The position numbers and the translations under genes were made by a program. From positions 16,512,001 through 16,576,000 of the forward strand of contig CP086569.2 in assembly GCA_009914755.4 (NCBI GenBank): a stretch of DNA of 64,000 nucleotides, in the 5' to 3' direction. Source of the stretch: the human T2T-CHM13v2.0 reference genome, Homo sapiens. Of the stretch, positions 28,543-43,272 are shown piece by piece. Every line of letters begins with the position of its first letter. The first letter of the stretch is position 1. The notes beneath the pieces are model-generated. The model ran no database searches. It saw nothing but the letters and a program-made list of their open reading frames with translations, and had not been told where the DNA came from.

Positions 28543-28828
28543 GTGATGGTGGCTCACCCCTGTAATCAGAGCACTTTTGGAGGTCAAGGTGGAAGGATTG
28601 CTTGAGCCCAGGAGTCTGAGATCTGCAACCCAGTAAGACCTTGTCTTTACAAAAAAACAAAACAAATTATGCAGCTGGGCATAATTGTGCATGTCTTTAA
28701 TTCCAACTACTTGGGAGGCTGAGAAGGAAGGATCAATTGAGCCTATGAATTTGAGGCTTCAGTGAGCCATCATGATGTGACTGCACTCCAGCTTGGGCAA
28801 CAAAGTGAAACCCTGTCTCAGAAAAAAG
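28543..28828 (+). mobile_element. Alu element (old, AluJ-like)
   Basis: GGTGGCTCACCCCTGTAATCAGAGCACTTTTGGAGGTCAAGGTGGAAGGATTGCTTGAGCCCAGGAG…TGCACTCCAGCTTGGGCAACAAAGTGAAACCCTGTCTCAGAAAAAAG. Confidence 0.9.
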
Positions 28829-30356
28829 TATGGTTAATTAAAACAAGTCACTCAATATATCACTGCCTAGACAAGGGATACCCAAAACTATATATCTGAA
28901 GGGAAAAAAATACTTTCTTCTGTATGATGTTATATAAAACTGCAGAAATGCTTCCTTATGTTTCTGCAATTTACACTCCTGTAATCCAAAGAGGAAAAGT
29001 AATGAATATGCATGGAGTTTTCCTTCCAGAATTGAAAGGATCCTTTTTGCAAAGGGCTCATGTTTATTCTGGGATAAATAAGGATGATAGAACTCTTCTG
29101 CGGAGGGCCTCAGCCCTGTTTCTCCCCACTTCTTGCCTCCTTCATTTGCATGGAATGTCTTTGGAAGAGCCTCCAACATCATGTCACAAGGCAAATGTAA
29201 GTCGCATTAGGACTATAAATGAATTGGAGAAGTAGCAGATTTAATAAACTGGTTACTGTCTTGAGATATGACATCTGTACCAACCAATATATCTCCTTCC
29301 TCCTTATTTACTCTGAGGCACTGTATAAAATGTTCCACCATCAAATAAATGATGGCAGAATAGAAAGCAGAGGTGCTATAAATTTCATGCTTGGCAGCTT
29401 GCACTAGATGTATTTCAATGTAATGAGTCAACCTAGAACTCTTTTCTAGAATGACCCCTGTTGAAGCCCCTATTTAGAAGCTGTGCTTGCTTCTGAATGA
29501 GGTGATGAGAAGCTTGGAATAGGATTAGATAATGGATATATGTGCAGGCTGCTAAGATGTATATGGCCTGTGGGGTTTGCTGTTAATGCAGGAGCTGGGC
29601 TAGTCCAATTTCTTGCCAGCAATTTTAAATTGGGAACTTCAGAAACAGAGTCACGTATCTGGGAGAATGCAAACCAAAACATTGTGATTCTGCGAAGATA
29701 TGGCTTGTTAGTTCCTTGGGTGCTGGGTTCTTCCTGGTTTCCTTTCTCTGGATTTCCTGAAGTTTCCATGGCCTCTTATAATAACATGCTCTACTTGCCC
29801 AACATGGGTTTTCTCAAGAGGGTATCTGATTTTACAAGAAAAACAAAAACAAAAAAAACAACATTCATTCTTTATGCAAAAATTAATTAATATGCACTGA
29901 CTCTTTGCTAGGCACCAGGCAGTATTCTAAAAGCTTGATGGATATTGACTCTGTTATTTCTCAAAGGACATTATTAGGTATTTTAACTACATTTTAAAAT
30001 GTAGAAACTTATGCCAAGAAAGGCATATTCTTCAGTGAGACTCGGACACCACAACCTTAGCCTGTATATTATGACACCAATCAGAGAGGTTCATTGGAAA
30101 GAGTTAAGTTATATATTATACTGAAGGAAATGTGAATTCTATACCTGGTGTATTTTATGTACTAGTTGATTTATTTATAATATAAGGATCTCCACTTTCC
30201 TGGAATACCCACTGGACTGAGTACATTAAAATATAAGTGGATCCCAAGCCAAGGATTTCAGTTAATTCAACTGATGACTGCTGTTGGATATTCCTGAAGA
30301 GAGGGTGGAGCTAGAGGAAAAAAAAAGAGAAAGCTGTGAGTATCAGGGAACAATGA

Positions 30357-30411
30357 TGATGACAACTGTTGCAATAATAATGTAATGACAACAGTTGCAA
30401 TAATAATGTAA
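30357..30411. repeat. Tandem duplication, about 27 bp unit (tgacaacWgttgcaataataatgtaa) x 2
   Basis: Seen directly; 1 mismatch between copies. Confidence 0.8.
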
Positions 30412-30685
30412 GGAACAGTATTAAGTGACCAAGGAAAATTGCCCAGTAGACTATAACTGGATAAGGAGTGGGTTTGAATGAGTTGAGTGAAAGAGTAAGA
30501 GTAAAAGGTGAGGGCAGAACTCACTCCTGTGAGTACCAGGGGCAAAAGCCTCACTCACATTCTTACCCTCATACTTCTCCAAGTCTTCCTTCCCTGGGCA
30601 AGATCTCCCCCACTCTCTCGCCTCACACTGAGGCAGAGAACATAGTCCTTGAAGCTTCACAAACCTACATTTAAAACTCCATGTC

Positions 30686-30838
30686 TGGACTGGATGCAGT
30701 GGTACACACATGTAATCTACCATTTTGGAAGGTCAAGGAGAGAGCATCACTTGAAGCCCGGAGTTCAAGCCTGCAGTGAGTTGGATTGCACCACTGCACT
30801 ACAGCCTGGGTGACAAAGCAAGACCCTGTTTCTAAAAA
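30686..30838 (+). mobile_element. Internally deleted Alu-derived fragment
   Basis: …GGATGCAGTGGTACACACATGTAATCTACCATTTTGGAAGGTCAAGGAGAGAGCATCACTTGAAGCCCGGAGTTCAAGCCTGCAGTGAG…CACTGCACTACAGCCTGGGTGACAAAGCAAGACCCTGTTTC. Confidence 0.75.
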
Positions 30839-31679
30839 TATATATGAAAAAAATTAAAAATTCCATGGCTGCCAGTTTTGTGATTTTGTTCTCAGTTTCT
30901 CTTTTGTAACATGGATGTATGGACATCAGTTACCTTGGAGGTTCACACTGTAACATAATGAATACACACACATATATAAAAGTGTTTGCAGTATCTATAA
31001 TGTATGCCTAACACTCATTTCTCAACATGCATTGTAATCCACCTATACAGGTGTCACGGAATACTTGGAGTGTTGTTTCACTAGCCAGAAACATCTGGGG
31101 CTGACGGGACCTTCTGCTTGGGTGTTGCTTGCACGCACTGAGCTTATTCCACCAACTCAGCCATGCAGGCGGCATTTGGCTCATGATACCAGCACAGTTC
31201 CCACAATTGCCAAGCATGAGCCAGGCGCAGAGTGGTTAAGGGCGTGTGGGTGAAAGAGCGCAGGGTCCAGCTATTGCACACAGCCAGGCATGTTCACTGC
31301 TGCGGAGGGGCAGGCAGCTTAAGGCATTGACACAGGTGGCAGCTTTTTGAGAGTTTGTGCTGAACCAGACATACAGCACAAAGCTTCCACTGTGGGCACC
31401 TGCATCTGGACAAGGGGAACACAGTGGCACCTGGAAGCTTAGAGACGCCAGGAAGTGCAGAACCCCAAAGAGGTTGTCACAGCCGTGGCTCAGGGAGCCT
31501 CTAGGTTGGGCTCCAAAAAAGAATGCAGCTCTTCTTTCCTTCTCATCAGCTGTAACATGTTGATTGGGGCACATGTTTCAGTCCTGTTTGTGTTACAGCT
31601 CTTTTAGTCCTGCCATTCAGTGGGTCCTGCATTCTTGTCCCGTGTCCAGAAAGAATAAAGTATGTGGACCTGCAAGGCA

Positions 31680-31975
31680 GAGAGGAGCTTCGCTGAGTGG
31701 CAGAACAGTTCTAGGGAGACCCAGAGTGGGAAGCTTCTTTTCACAGGCAGGTCGTCCCAATGTCTGTGCCACTCTCAGCAGAGAAGATACTTGCAGTGGG
31801 TAGGTCCCCTTTGGAAGTAGGTCATCCTAATGTCTGTGCAGCCCTCAGTGGAGAAGAGACCTAGAGTGGGTAACTTCTATTTGCAGACAGGTCATCCTGC
31901 CTTCCTTGCAGCTCTCAGTGGAGAGGAGACCCAGAATGGGTAGCTCCTATCTGCAACAGGTTATTCCTTTGTCTG
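31680..31975. repeat. Minisatellite-like tandem repeat, about 70 bp unit x about 4 (units start near 31749, 31819, 31889; partial copies at both ends), roughly 75-85% identity between units
   Basis: Unit aggtcatcctaatgtctgtgcagccctcagtggagaagagacctagagtgggtaacttctatttgcagac recurs with substitutions; lies in the relatively GC-rich non-repeat stretch 31000-32520. Confidence 0.8.
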
Positions 31976-32519
31976 CCTGAATCTGGCTGAGTCTGGGGTC
32001 TTTGTGGGTTTCAGAGGGGAGGAAGTATTTGCTGATTGGTCCATGGACTGCCATGGCCAGGCCCAAAAAAAGCACCTTCAGTTCTCACTCTGGTCTAGTC
32101 AGCCCAGGGCCCAGGCTTCAGGCACTCCATGGCTTGAAGGTGGAGCTTCAAATGGGACCTGCCCCTTTCCAACTAGGAGGTGTCTGCCTTCTGCTGCCAT
32201 CAACTTGCCATCCATGGTGCCCACAGCAACCAGACTGTTCATGCCTACAGACATCTGCAGGCCCACACCAAGAACCCTGAGCCCCACCCATTGGCCTCCT
32301 CCTGTGCTCATCAGTGCCTAAAGCCCAGAGGGGGCTGAGGCAGCAGAAGGCTGGTATATCATTGCGGTCCCAAGCATGCACACACACAGCTGGGTCATGA
32401 TAGTGTCTGACCTTGGCCTCAACCTTGCTGCCAAATCAGAGTGGATGCTGGTAGTGGTGAGAGGCCAGGCAGTTGGAACAGGCACTTTCGAGCCTGTACA
32501 GGAAGGAGGGCTTCCCAGC

Positions 32520-32931
32520 TGATATGGTTGGTCTAGGTCATCACCCAAATCTCATCTTGAATAGTAACTCTCACAATTCCCATGTGTCATGGGAAGAATC
32601 CAGTGGGAAGTGATTGAATTATGGAGGCAGGTCTTTCCTGCACTGTTCTTTCAATAGTGAATGAGTCTTACATGATCTGATGGTTTTAAAAGTGGGAGTT
32701 TTTCTGCAGAAGCTCTCTTTTGCCTGCCACCATCCATGTAAGATGTGACTTGCTCCTCCTTGTTTTCTGCCCTAATTGTGAGTTCTCTCCAGCCCCATGG
32801 AACTAAAAGTCCATTAAATGGACTTTTTTTTTTTCTGTATAAATTACCTAGTCTTGGTTGGTAATTTTTCCTGTATAAATTACCTAGTCTTGGTTGTGTC
32901 TTTATCAGTGGCATGAAAACAGACTATTCCA
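32520..32931 (+). mobile_element. Solo THE1/MST-type MaLR LTR with an internal 26 bp duplication (ctgtataaattacctagtcttggttg x2 at 32845-32905); flanks cccagc | tcagcc suggest a degraded 5 bp TSD
   Basis: TGATATGGTTGGTCTAGGTCATCACCCAAATCTCATCTTGAATAGTAACTC…GGGAAGTGATTGAATTATGGAGGCAGGTCTTTCC…GATCTGATGGTTTTAAAAGTGGGAGTTTTTCTGCAGAAGCTCTC…CCATGGAACTAAAAGTCCATTAAATGGAC…; no matching internal region or partner LTR seen upstream. Confidence 0.8.
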
Positions 32932-33223
32932 TCAGCCCCTGAGAGCACAAGAATGCCCAGTTCTTCAGCCATGTCTGGGTGGCAGCATCTGTGCCCATGA
33001 GGGTGGGGCTCCACCCCTCCAACTTGAAAAGCAGTGGGGCTCCCAAGTGTTTCTAGCTCCCATCTTCTCAATGGAGTGCATGGCCCTGGCCATGCTTCCC
33101 CCACTGTAGCCAGCGTCACGGCAGTGGCCACTCCAGATGGGTCACTGTTGCCATCACAAGTACCCTTTGCCCATGCTCAGATGTTCTTTTCATCCATATA
33201 ATGCATGTTTTATTCTATTCTAG

Positions 33224-33692
<469 letters not shown>

Positions 33693-34174
33693 CATTTATT
33701 TCTGTCTCAGCAGACTTCTTTGCAAGTCTTACCTGTTGTTCTGGGCTCTCAAACTCTTGAAATCATCCACTGTCCTCTCTCTATGAACTTTTTCCATCTG
33801 AAATTTTCTTTTGTAACATCAACCTCTTTCTCTCCACCCTCCCCTCCCACCCTGTGTCCCTCTTAGGAAGATTTCCTTCAAACCTCCTTCCGTGATACAC
33901 TAATGCTTCATTACATTCGTAGTTGCACTCAAGATTTTGCCACATCTTAACACAGTAGTGCATGTCATTGATTTGACTTCTACCTTTCCAGCTTGCCCTT
34001 CAACCATTGAACATGCCTTCTTACACAGTTTTCCATTTGGAGCTCTTCTTTCCAAATTCTCTAGTAGTCTTCTAGTTGCCTACTTAACTGGTCTCTATTC
34101 ATGTTCCTTCTAATGGAATGCTCAGTGCAATTTGACACTGCTAACCAATGCTTCTTTTTTCCATCTACCCCTTT

Positions 34175-35000
34175 TAAAAATGTTTTAGATTCAGTGGGCA
34201 CATGTGGAGGTTTGTTACATGGGAAATTTCGTAGTGTTGGGGTTTAGACTTCTATTGAACTTATCATCCAAATAGTGAACATAGCACCCAATAGATTATT
34301 TTTAGCCCTCGTACCCCTTTTGGAGTCCCCATTGTGAATTGTGCCATTTTTATGTCCATGTGTAACCATAGTTTAGCTACCGCATTTTGTTGCTGTTCTT
34401 TGAGGTGAAGTTTTTCTCTATTGCCCCACCTGGAGTGCAATGGCTTGATCTTCGTTCACCTCAATCTCCACCTCCTAGGTGCAAGCAATTCTCCTGCTTC
34501 AGCCTCCCGAGTAGTCACAGACATGTGAAAACATGCCCAGCTAATTATTTAATTTTTAGTAGAGACAGGGTTTCACCATGTTGTCCAGGCTAGTCTTGAA
34601 ATCCTGACCTCAAATGATTCACTGGCTTTGGCCTCCCAAAGTGCAGGGATTACAGGCATGAGCCACTGCACTTTGCCACTTTAGCTCCCACTTCTAAGTG
34701 AGAACAAGTGGCATTTGACTTTCTATTTCTGCATTAATTCACTTAGAATAATGACCTCTATCAGCATCCATGTTGCTGCAAAGGACATGATTCATTCTTT
34801 TTTATGGTTGTATAGTGCTCCATGGTGTGTATGTGCCACTTTTTCTTTATCCAACACACCATTGAGGACCCTTAAGTTAATTCCATGACTTTGATAGTGT
34901 CAATAGTGTTGCAATAAACATGTGCACACAGGTGTCTTTTTTATGAAATGATTTGTTTTCCTTCGGGCAGATACTCAGCAGCTGGTCAATCTTTCTTGTT
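34175..35000 (-). mobile_element. Old LINE-1 (L1PB/L1MA-like) 3'-end fragment, antisense, interrupted by the Alu at 34401-34676; right boundary uncertain (could extend to about 35250)
   Basis: Antisense L1 3'-end hallmarks: …gtgggcacatgtggaggtttgttacatggg…, …cacttctaagtgagaacaagtggcatttgactttctatttctg…, …catccatgttgctgcaaaggacatgattcattcttttttatggttgtatagtgctccatggtgtgtatgtgccac…. Confidence 0.7.
34401..34676 (-). mobile_element. Alu element (old), antisense, nested in the old L1 fragment
   Basis: …GCCCCACCTGGAGTGCAATGGCTTGATCTTCGTTCACCTCAATCTCCACCTCCTAGGTGCAAGCAATTCTCCTGCTTCAGCCTCCCGAGTAG…. Confidence 0.85.
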
Positions 35001-35861
35001 GTGTCTAGAACACTACACATTCTAAGTTGTCTTCTTATCTCATGAGATCATTCAGTTTCCTTTGCTGAATTATCTGTTTCCCCACTATTCCTCCATTATC
35101 CTATCCCTGCTGCCTTTATATTAAGTATAGGGATTTTTCCTTTCCTATTCTTGCTACCTTTACATTAAGTTTAGGTATTTCTCCTTTGACATTTTTCTCC
35201 CCTCAGCTGATACTGTCTCCTGATTGTAACTATTTTCATAAAAATGACTTTCAATTCCTTTCCCTCCACTAGCTTCCACCTTTACCTAGAGTTTCCCTCA
35301 GTATTATAAATTCCTTGTTAGACACTTTAACTCAACACATTCCAAACAAAATGAATTAACTTTCCTTTCTCTGAGGGGGAGGAAACAGATACATTCCCCC
35401 TCTATCTTATGGTTCATTGTATTACCATCTTTCAATTTATTTAGTCTCAAAATGTGGAAGTCACCTTTTATTTCCTTCTCAATGTTTCTTTCAATTTTTA
35501 TCAAGTTGTGTTCATTTTACTTTAGAAATATCTCTTGAACTTGTAATCTTTTATTGATTCCAAATGGCAGTCTCTTAGTTCAGGGTCTTGTCATCTCTGA
35601 TCTAGATTAGTTCTGATTGATCATTTTTCCTGCAGCTTCCTGCTCACACTAATCTATTCTACAGACAAATGCAAGAACTATATTTCTCAACACTCATTCT
35701 CCAACTTTATCTTTTTCATCTTCATTGGCTCTTGTCTCTGTATTTCTTAATCTCTGGCTTTATCAGATAACTTGCCATTTCCTCTTTTTGTTTGTGGCCA
35801 TCTATGTTGGTTCATGTTAGTCTGGAATGACTTTTCTTCCCCACTACAAGTCTGTATTTGT

Positions 35862-36478
35862 TTTCTGTAAGTCCCATAACAAATTACCACAAACATAACA
35901 GCTTAAAATATCACACCTTTATTATCTCACGGTGATGTACATCAGAAGTTGAGATGGGCTTGGCTTGTTTCTCTGCTGGAATCCCTCGGATGGCAGGAAT
36001 CAAGGTGGTCAGTAACCTGACCTCTTATCTGGAGATTCTGAAGAGAGCCCACTTTCCAGATCACTCTGGTGTTTGGAAGATTTAGCCATCAGACTGAGAT
36101 CCCCTTTTTTCACTGGCTGTCAGCCAGGAGCGATTCTCAGAAACTTATGGCTACCCGCGTTCCCTGTCATGATACCCACTCCATCTCCAAACAAGCAACA
36201 ATGCATTGAGTCTTTCCCATGCTTGGAATCTCTCTCTGACTATTCCTTCTACCACATCTTCCACTTCAGCAGGGGAAATTTCTCTACTTTTTAGGGTGCA
36301 TGTGACTAGATAGGGTCCACCACAATAAGTCAGGATTATGTCCATCTCTTAAACTCTGTAATCTTAGCTCCAAATGCAAATGTAATTCTTATGTAACTTT
36401 GCATATTCATAAGTTCCAGGGATTAGAGTGTGGACATTATTGAGATGGAGAGTGGGGAGGGCATTTTGCCTACCACAA
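35862..36478 (-). mobile_element. MLT1-type MaLR LTR, antisense (about 620 bp)
   Basis: Reverse complement of MLT1 termini: begins …cataacaaattaccacaaacataacagcttaaaat…tttattatctcac… and ends …attttgcctaccaca (rc of TGTGGTAGG…). Confidence 0.6.
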
Positions 36479-36949
36479 AATTGCAGTGATTTTTCAGAAT
36501 ATGAACTCTATCTCTATAGAATAATTTTCACTTAGTTGCATCCTTCAAGGTATTACCCTGACCTTGTACTTGTTAATGTCCTCTGACAATTATGTTATGC
36601 AGTATTTTATTGAAGGAACCTATTTACATATATGTCTCCCATCATCAATATTAAATTACATGAAGTCAAAAAACATACCCTAATCACTTTGACATCCATG
36701 TGCAGAATCTCATAGTGTCTTATCTGTTTTTGTCAAATAAACTGAGTATGTTCCATCACAATTTGTTGAAAGCTTATTAAACCTTTGTTTTATCTGAAGT
36801 ATTGTTATCTTTAGATGATAAGCAATTTGAAGACATCAGGTAATGCTAAACATAATGGGTGAAACTTCATCAGTGTTACATCAAGGAACATTGATGTATG
36901 TAGAAAAATAAATACCCCACATATTCATTGTATTAATTGCATATTGCCA

Positions 36950-37260
36950 CATAACAAAATGCCACAAATTTAGGGACTTAAAATGACACATATTTATTAT
37001 TTTACAGCTACTAAATGTTAGGAATCCAGGTATGCATTCACTGCATCTTCTGTTTCAAAGTCTCCCACAAAGCTATTATACAATCATAAGCCAGGGCTGG
37101 GGTCTTACCTGAAAGTTTGGGTGAGGAAGGAGTTTTCTCTACACTGATGTGGTTTTTGGCAGATCCACTTCCTTCTCAGGTATTTGGAGAAGCCTCCATT
37201 AGTTCTTTATCAGGTGGCCAGCTCCAACATAGCAGATTGTACCCACCAAGTATGAAATTT
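36950..37260 (-). mobile_element. MLT1/MLT2-like LTR fragment, antisense
   Basis: …ccacataacaaaatgccacaaatttagggacttaaaatgacacatatttattattttacagc…; same family signature as 35862-36478 but more diverged. Confidence 0.45.
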
Positions 37261-39037
37261 GAGATGGTAAGAAGATTTTAAAACAAGGCAGGAGTTAAAA
37301 TATTTTGCAACCTAATAATTAAAGTGATACATCATCATCTTTGTCATATTTTATTTGTTAGAATCAGGTTACTAAAGCAGCCACACAGAAGGGAAGGAGT
37401 TACACAGGTTGTGGGTTGTCAGGAGGCAGAACCACTAGAGGCCATGTGCGCATCAGCTTGTCATATACACCTATTCAGAGACACAGATACATAAGCAGAT
37501 TATTTAGTAGACAAAAAACCATGTGCGTTGGAAGGAGAGAATGAAAGCAACTGATTATAGAGTTTGGTGGTATTGTGACCAAGTACTTAAGTGCAGGTGC
37601 TGATATTTTGAGGAAAATGATTTAGGAGTCAGAGAGAAAATGAATGGAACTTTTATTTATAAGATCTCCTTCCCAAGCCTAAAGTTAGTGGTCTTCACGT
37701 AAATGATCAAGTCATGTCTTAGTGGTTAACAACCCTGTCTGCCCACTTCTAAACATATAAAAGTATAACACATTTCTGGGTGCAGAAATGAATATGTTTC
37801 TAGAATGGTAGTTCTCAGCTATTTTGGTCTTAGGACTTCTTTTCAGTCTTAAAAGTTACTGAGGAACTGAGAGATTTCACTTTATGTGGGTATATCTATT
37901 GATGTTTACTAAATTAGAGGTTAAAATTGAGACATTAACAATGTTTATGAATTTATGTCAAAGTAACAGCAATAAACTTATTCCAGGTTAACATAAAAAC
38001 AGGTTTGTAAAAAAAAAAAAAAAAAACTATATTTCCCAAAGCAAAAGAAAATTGTGAGATAGAAAATGTTCTAGATTTTTGAAAATCTTTTCAATGTTCG
38101 GTTATAACAGAAAGCTGGATCCCCATATCAGCTGACGTGCTTAATCTGCTGCAATATATTGTTTTAATTTGTGTGTATGAAGAAAATTTGGCCTCTCACA
38201 GAGATATAGTAATAAAACAATTAGATAATTGTGGATATTCTTCTTTAATACTACACCAAAACTCAAAACTCAACACTGATAGTTTCTTAAATGTTAATTA
38301 AAAAGTGTAAGTGGAACCCATATCAAAACCTTTCTGTTCCCTTAATATTAAAACTTGTTGTTTTATCTTACATTTAGAATATATCTTGACCCATGCATGT
38401 TTTGGAAAATATTGATTCACTAAGTTATACACAACTTGCAAATATTCATACATTCATTACACAAGATAAAAAATTTACATTTATTGACAGCACCATTCAT
38501 TTGACTAGGGAATAATTTAAGTGTTGGGAGGTCCTGGCATCAGATGTAAGATTTCTATGATTTTATTTTTTTCTTGAAATCTTGAATCATATCCTCAACA
38601 GCAAATACTGTCAGTTGTTTTTCATGAAGTGAAAGTCTTACTTTGTTCATGTTTCAAAAAATGTCTGCCAAATAGCCAGGTCTGAATTTCCATAGATTGA
38701 CTGTTAGTCTTTGAAATATAAATGGTAGCTGCTATTTCACTTCACCACTGAAATAGTGGAATATGTTCTTTTACTGGAGACAACATCTAGCTTCATCGTG
38801 TAGCAGAAGAGCTTTGTGTGTACTTCCCATCTCATCAGGCAGAATATTAAAAAGACAGGTATTCTGGAGATGGTCAAGAAAATTAATTTTTTATGTGAAA
38901 CTAGCATCCGTTGACTGAAACCACATGGTGGTGGTGAATAAGTAGTAGTACCATATGGGGTCACTGCCTTGTCTAATGTCTAATATGCCAACCATTTTGA
39001 CTACTGCTTGTGCACCATCAGTGCAATTGTTAGCAAG

Positions 39038-39065
39038 GTAAAAACAAAACAAAACAAAACAAAAC
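39038..39065. repeat. (AAAAC)n microsatellite, about 5.5 units
   Basis: Seen directly. Confidence 0.9.
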
Positions 39066-39209
39066 TCTGTGACATCTCAGCATTATGATGAAACTAGATG
39101 TGTTCTCCAGTATCTCTTGAAACATCTTCTGAATTCCCAAGGGTCTGAGATTTAAACTTTACTATTTACTGCCCTGCACTACAGCAAGCTGCATGTTTCA
39201 GTGGTTTTC

Positions 39210-40459
<1,250 letters not shown>

Positions 40460-41439
40460 TTTCAGTGGTTTTCTAAAAGGAGATTACAAATGTTAAGATC
40501 TACTTAACTTAGAACTACACTGTGATCCCTACTATCAGCTCTTCAGCTACAGTTCAGCTAAACATTGTCTTCCTCTCGTATCACTTCTCTGGACACCAAA
40601 ATGAAGCAAAAGTTCTCAACTTAGGAAGAAATTCAATACTGGGTATTTCTATTTGAGCCAAAATTAGATGTTCAGAGCCTCCTGCTTTGTTGTTGTTTGT
40701 TTTTGGTTTTGATCAATTGACTTGATTTTATTCATTTGTTGTAGTTTGATGAATGTCTGTCTAATGAGACCCAATACCTCTTTGAGAATATTGTGCCTTT
40801 CCTAATTAGTTATACCACTCTTTGAAATATTAAACACTTTAAAGATCTTTGTTAAAAATAAAGAAATATGTATGATTTAATCAAATGATGGAGAAAATAA
40901 CGATATAGTTTAGTCTCTAAATCCCATAGAGAATACAGCTGTTTTTTTTCTGTAACAGCAAAATGGCAAATTGGAAATAAAGGCAAATTGACACAAACTT
41001 TCAATTCCATCTTCTAAAACACACCTTGAAAAGCTCATTGAAATATGTAACAGAGGCAACATTAGCAATTATGAATTAAAGCAGTTAGAGGGAGAGAGAA
41101 ATAGAAGTTAAAATGAAAATTGATTGAATAATAACCTAACTCTTAAAAGTGAGTGTTCTATAATTGCTCTTAATCAATCCAGTTTGCACAGTGAAAATAG
41201 CTTAACACGGAGTGGGGATTCTCAATGTTCATCGCCCAGCAGCATTTCCATTTTAAAGCTTGTTTGGCACAATGTAGGTCAGGAATTTGTATAAATGCTT
41301 TGATTATGGACAATTTTCTATCCCAGGTGTTATCACTTCACACCTGCCAAATATCTGATTTCCCAGGTTGTGTCAGTATGCCTTTCCATCATGAAGCACC
41401 AACTTGTATATCTTCTCCACAGCATGATGGAGATGACAG

Positions 41440-41540
41440 AGTTTTGGGTTCTACTAACAAGGATCTGGCAATGATAATGGGGAATTCCTTCATATTCCTC
41501 TGAGCCTCAGTTCACTTTTCTGTGAACTGTGAAAAAAAAT
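41440..41540 (+). mobile_element. MIR (mammalian-wide SINE) core fragment, weak
   Basis: …cctctgagcctcagttcacttttctgtgaactg… resembles the MIR core (ctctgagcctcagtttcctcatctgtaaaatgg). Confidence 0.4.
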
Positions 41541-41689
41541 CTTCAAGATGTTGTAAAAGTTAGAAATCATATATGTGGAACACTTTTCACACAGCAGACA
41601 CTCAATAAGCCTAAGTATTGTTTTTATTTTGTGGAGCACTATGAAGGCAACACTCAATAAACATAAGTATTATTTTATTTTAGTTTATT

Positions 41690-41985
41690 TATTCATTTAT
41701 TTTGAGACAAGTTTTCTCTTTATTGCTCAGCCTGGAGTGCAGTAGTGTGATTACAGCTCACTGCAGCCTTAACCTCTTAGGATCAAGCGATTCTTCCACC
41801 TCAGCCTGCCAAGTGCCTACGACCACAGGTGTGCACCAACATGCCTGGCTGATTTTTAAATTTTTTGTAGATATGGGGTCCTACTACATTGCCCAGGCTG
41901 GTCAAAAACTCCTGAGCTCAAGTGATCCTCCTGTCTTGATCCCCCAAAATGCTGGGATTATAGGCATAAGCCACCATGCCTGGCT
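41690..41985 (-). mobile_element. Alu element, antisense
   Basis: TTTGAGACAAGTTTTCTCTTTATTGCTCAGCCTGGAGTGCAGTAGTGTGATTACAGCTCACTGCAGCCTTAACCTC…GGATTATAGGCATAAGCCACCATGCCTGGC. Confidence 0.9.
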
Positions 41986-42972
41986 AACTGTTGCTTTCAT
42001 AAGGGCTATTCTGTATTATAACATAGCCAGTTTCCCATTTCACTGATGGCTGAGAAAAGTATTTGAAAAAATAATTCAATTATCCTCGCAATTCACCTCC
42101 TACAAAACACATTCTCCAAGGCATTTTATTTATCACTGACAAACCAGCTTTTACTCTTAATTTGTTTATTCACCATGCCTTGGTGAATGATGAGTAAGTG
42201 GTAGTGCAGTGTGAGGTCACTGCCTTGATCAAGTCTAAGATGCCAGCATTTTTGCCTGTGCACCATCAGTGCAATTGTTAGCAAGGTAAAAAGAAAAGCC
42301 AGTGACATCTCAGTATTATGATAAAAATAGATGTGTTTTTCATAATACCTTGAAGCATCTCTCTCACTCTCAGTGGTGTCAAGCCTGAGCTTTTCAGGTT
42401 TGTAATGGTCACCTTTTCATGATAAACTCTGGACAAATGTCCTCCATGTCCGATGTCCTTGTTGATGATTTTTGTAGTCCGCATATCTAGAACCCTCAGA
42501 GCAAGTGGGGTTTGCTAACATGACTATCATAATTCTTTCATTTGCTACTGTCGTGGCAGCTTTTAGGTTCCAGGATAAATTTGCTATGACTTGGTGATCC
42601 TCCAGAGAGTCTACTTTGAATAATCATTACCAAGACCTGCTTCAAAATAATCAGCCCACTCTTGCCTTACCTTTGTGTTCAGCATTCTGAGAAGAGATAA
42701 AAGAGAGGAACACAAGAATGCCTTAGTTACTATCTGTGGTTCTTATGCATTATTAATTTTCTTAATAAAAAAGCCATATGCATGTCAAGATTGATTAGAA
42801 TCCTGAATGGCATATTTAATTTTACAAGGGCCATACCATAACTTCCAGCAAACAGAAGTGATGGTTGAGAAGGAATGACTCACCATCCTACTAGCTATAC
42901 TAACAGTTACACATGAATATCATGTCTAATGATGTCAATCAAGCTGTCTCATAACTTTATGTATACACATCC

Positions 42973-43272
42973 TTTTTTTTTTTTTTGAGATGGAGTTTCA
43001 CATTGTTGCCTGGGCTGGAGTGCAATGGCTAGATCTCAATCTCAGCTCACTGCAACCTCTGCCTCCTTGGTTCAAGCAATTCTCCTGCCTCAGCCTTCTG
43101 AGTAGTTGGGATTACAGGCAACTGCCATCACACTGGCTAATTGTTTTTATTTTTAGTAGAAATGGGATTTCACCATGTTGGCCAGGCTAGTCTCCAACTC
43201 CTGACCTTAGGTGATCTGCCCACCTTTGTCTCTGAAACTGCTGGGATTACAGGTGTGAGTCACCATGGCTGG
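42973..43272 (-). mobile_element. Alu element, antisense, 14 nt poly-T head
   Basis: TTTTTTTTTTTTTTGAGATGGAGTTTCACATTGTTGCCTGGGCTGGAGTGCAATGGCTAGATCTCAATCTCAGCTCACTGCAACCTCTGCCTCC…. Confidence 0.9.

Noticed and set aside
32000-32550. Cluster of overlapping 70-105 aa ORFs on both strands
   Set aside because: Mutually overlapping ORFs in all frames in a locally GC-rich stretch are a composition artefact. No start or stop context or domain similarity supports coding.
32400-32931. Possibility that the LTR at 32520 is the 3' LTR of a provirus whose internal region is 31000-32519 (purine-rich PPT-like run just upstream)
   Set aside because: No homology by eye to the THE1 internal region present at 22682-24248, and no upstream partner LTR. 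Kept only as a low-confidence alternative inside the 31000-32520 finding.
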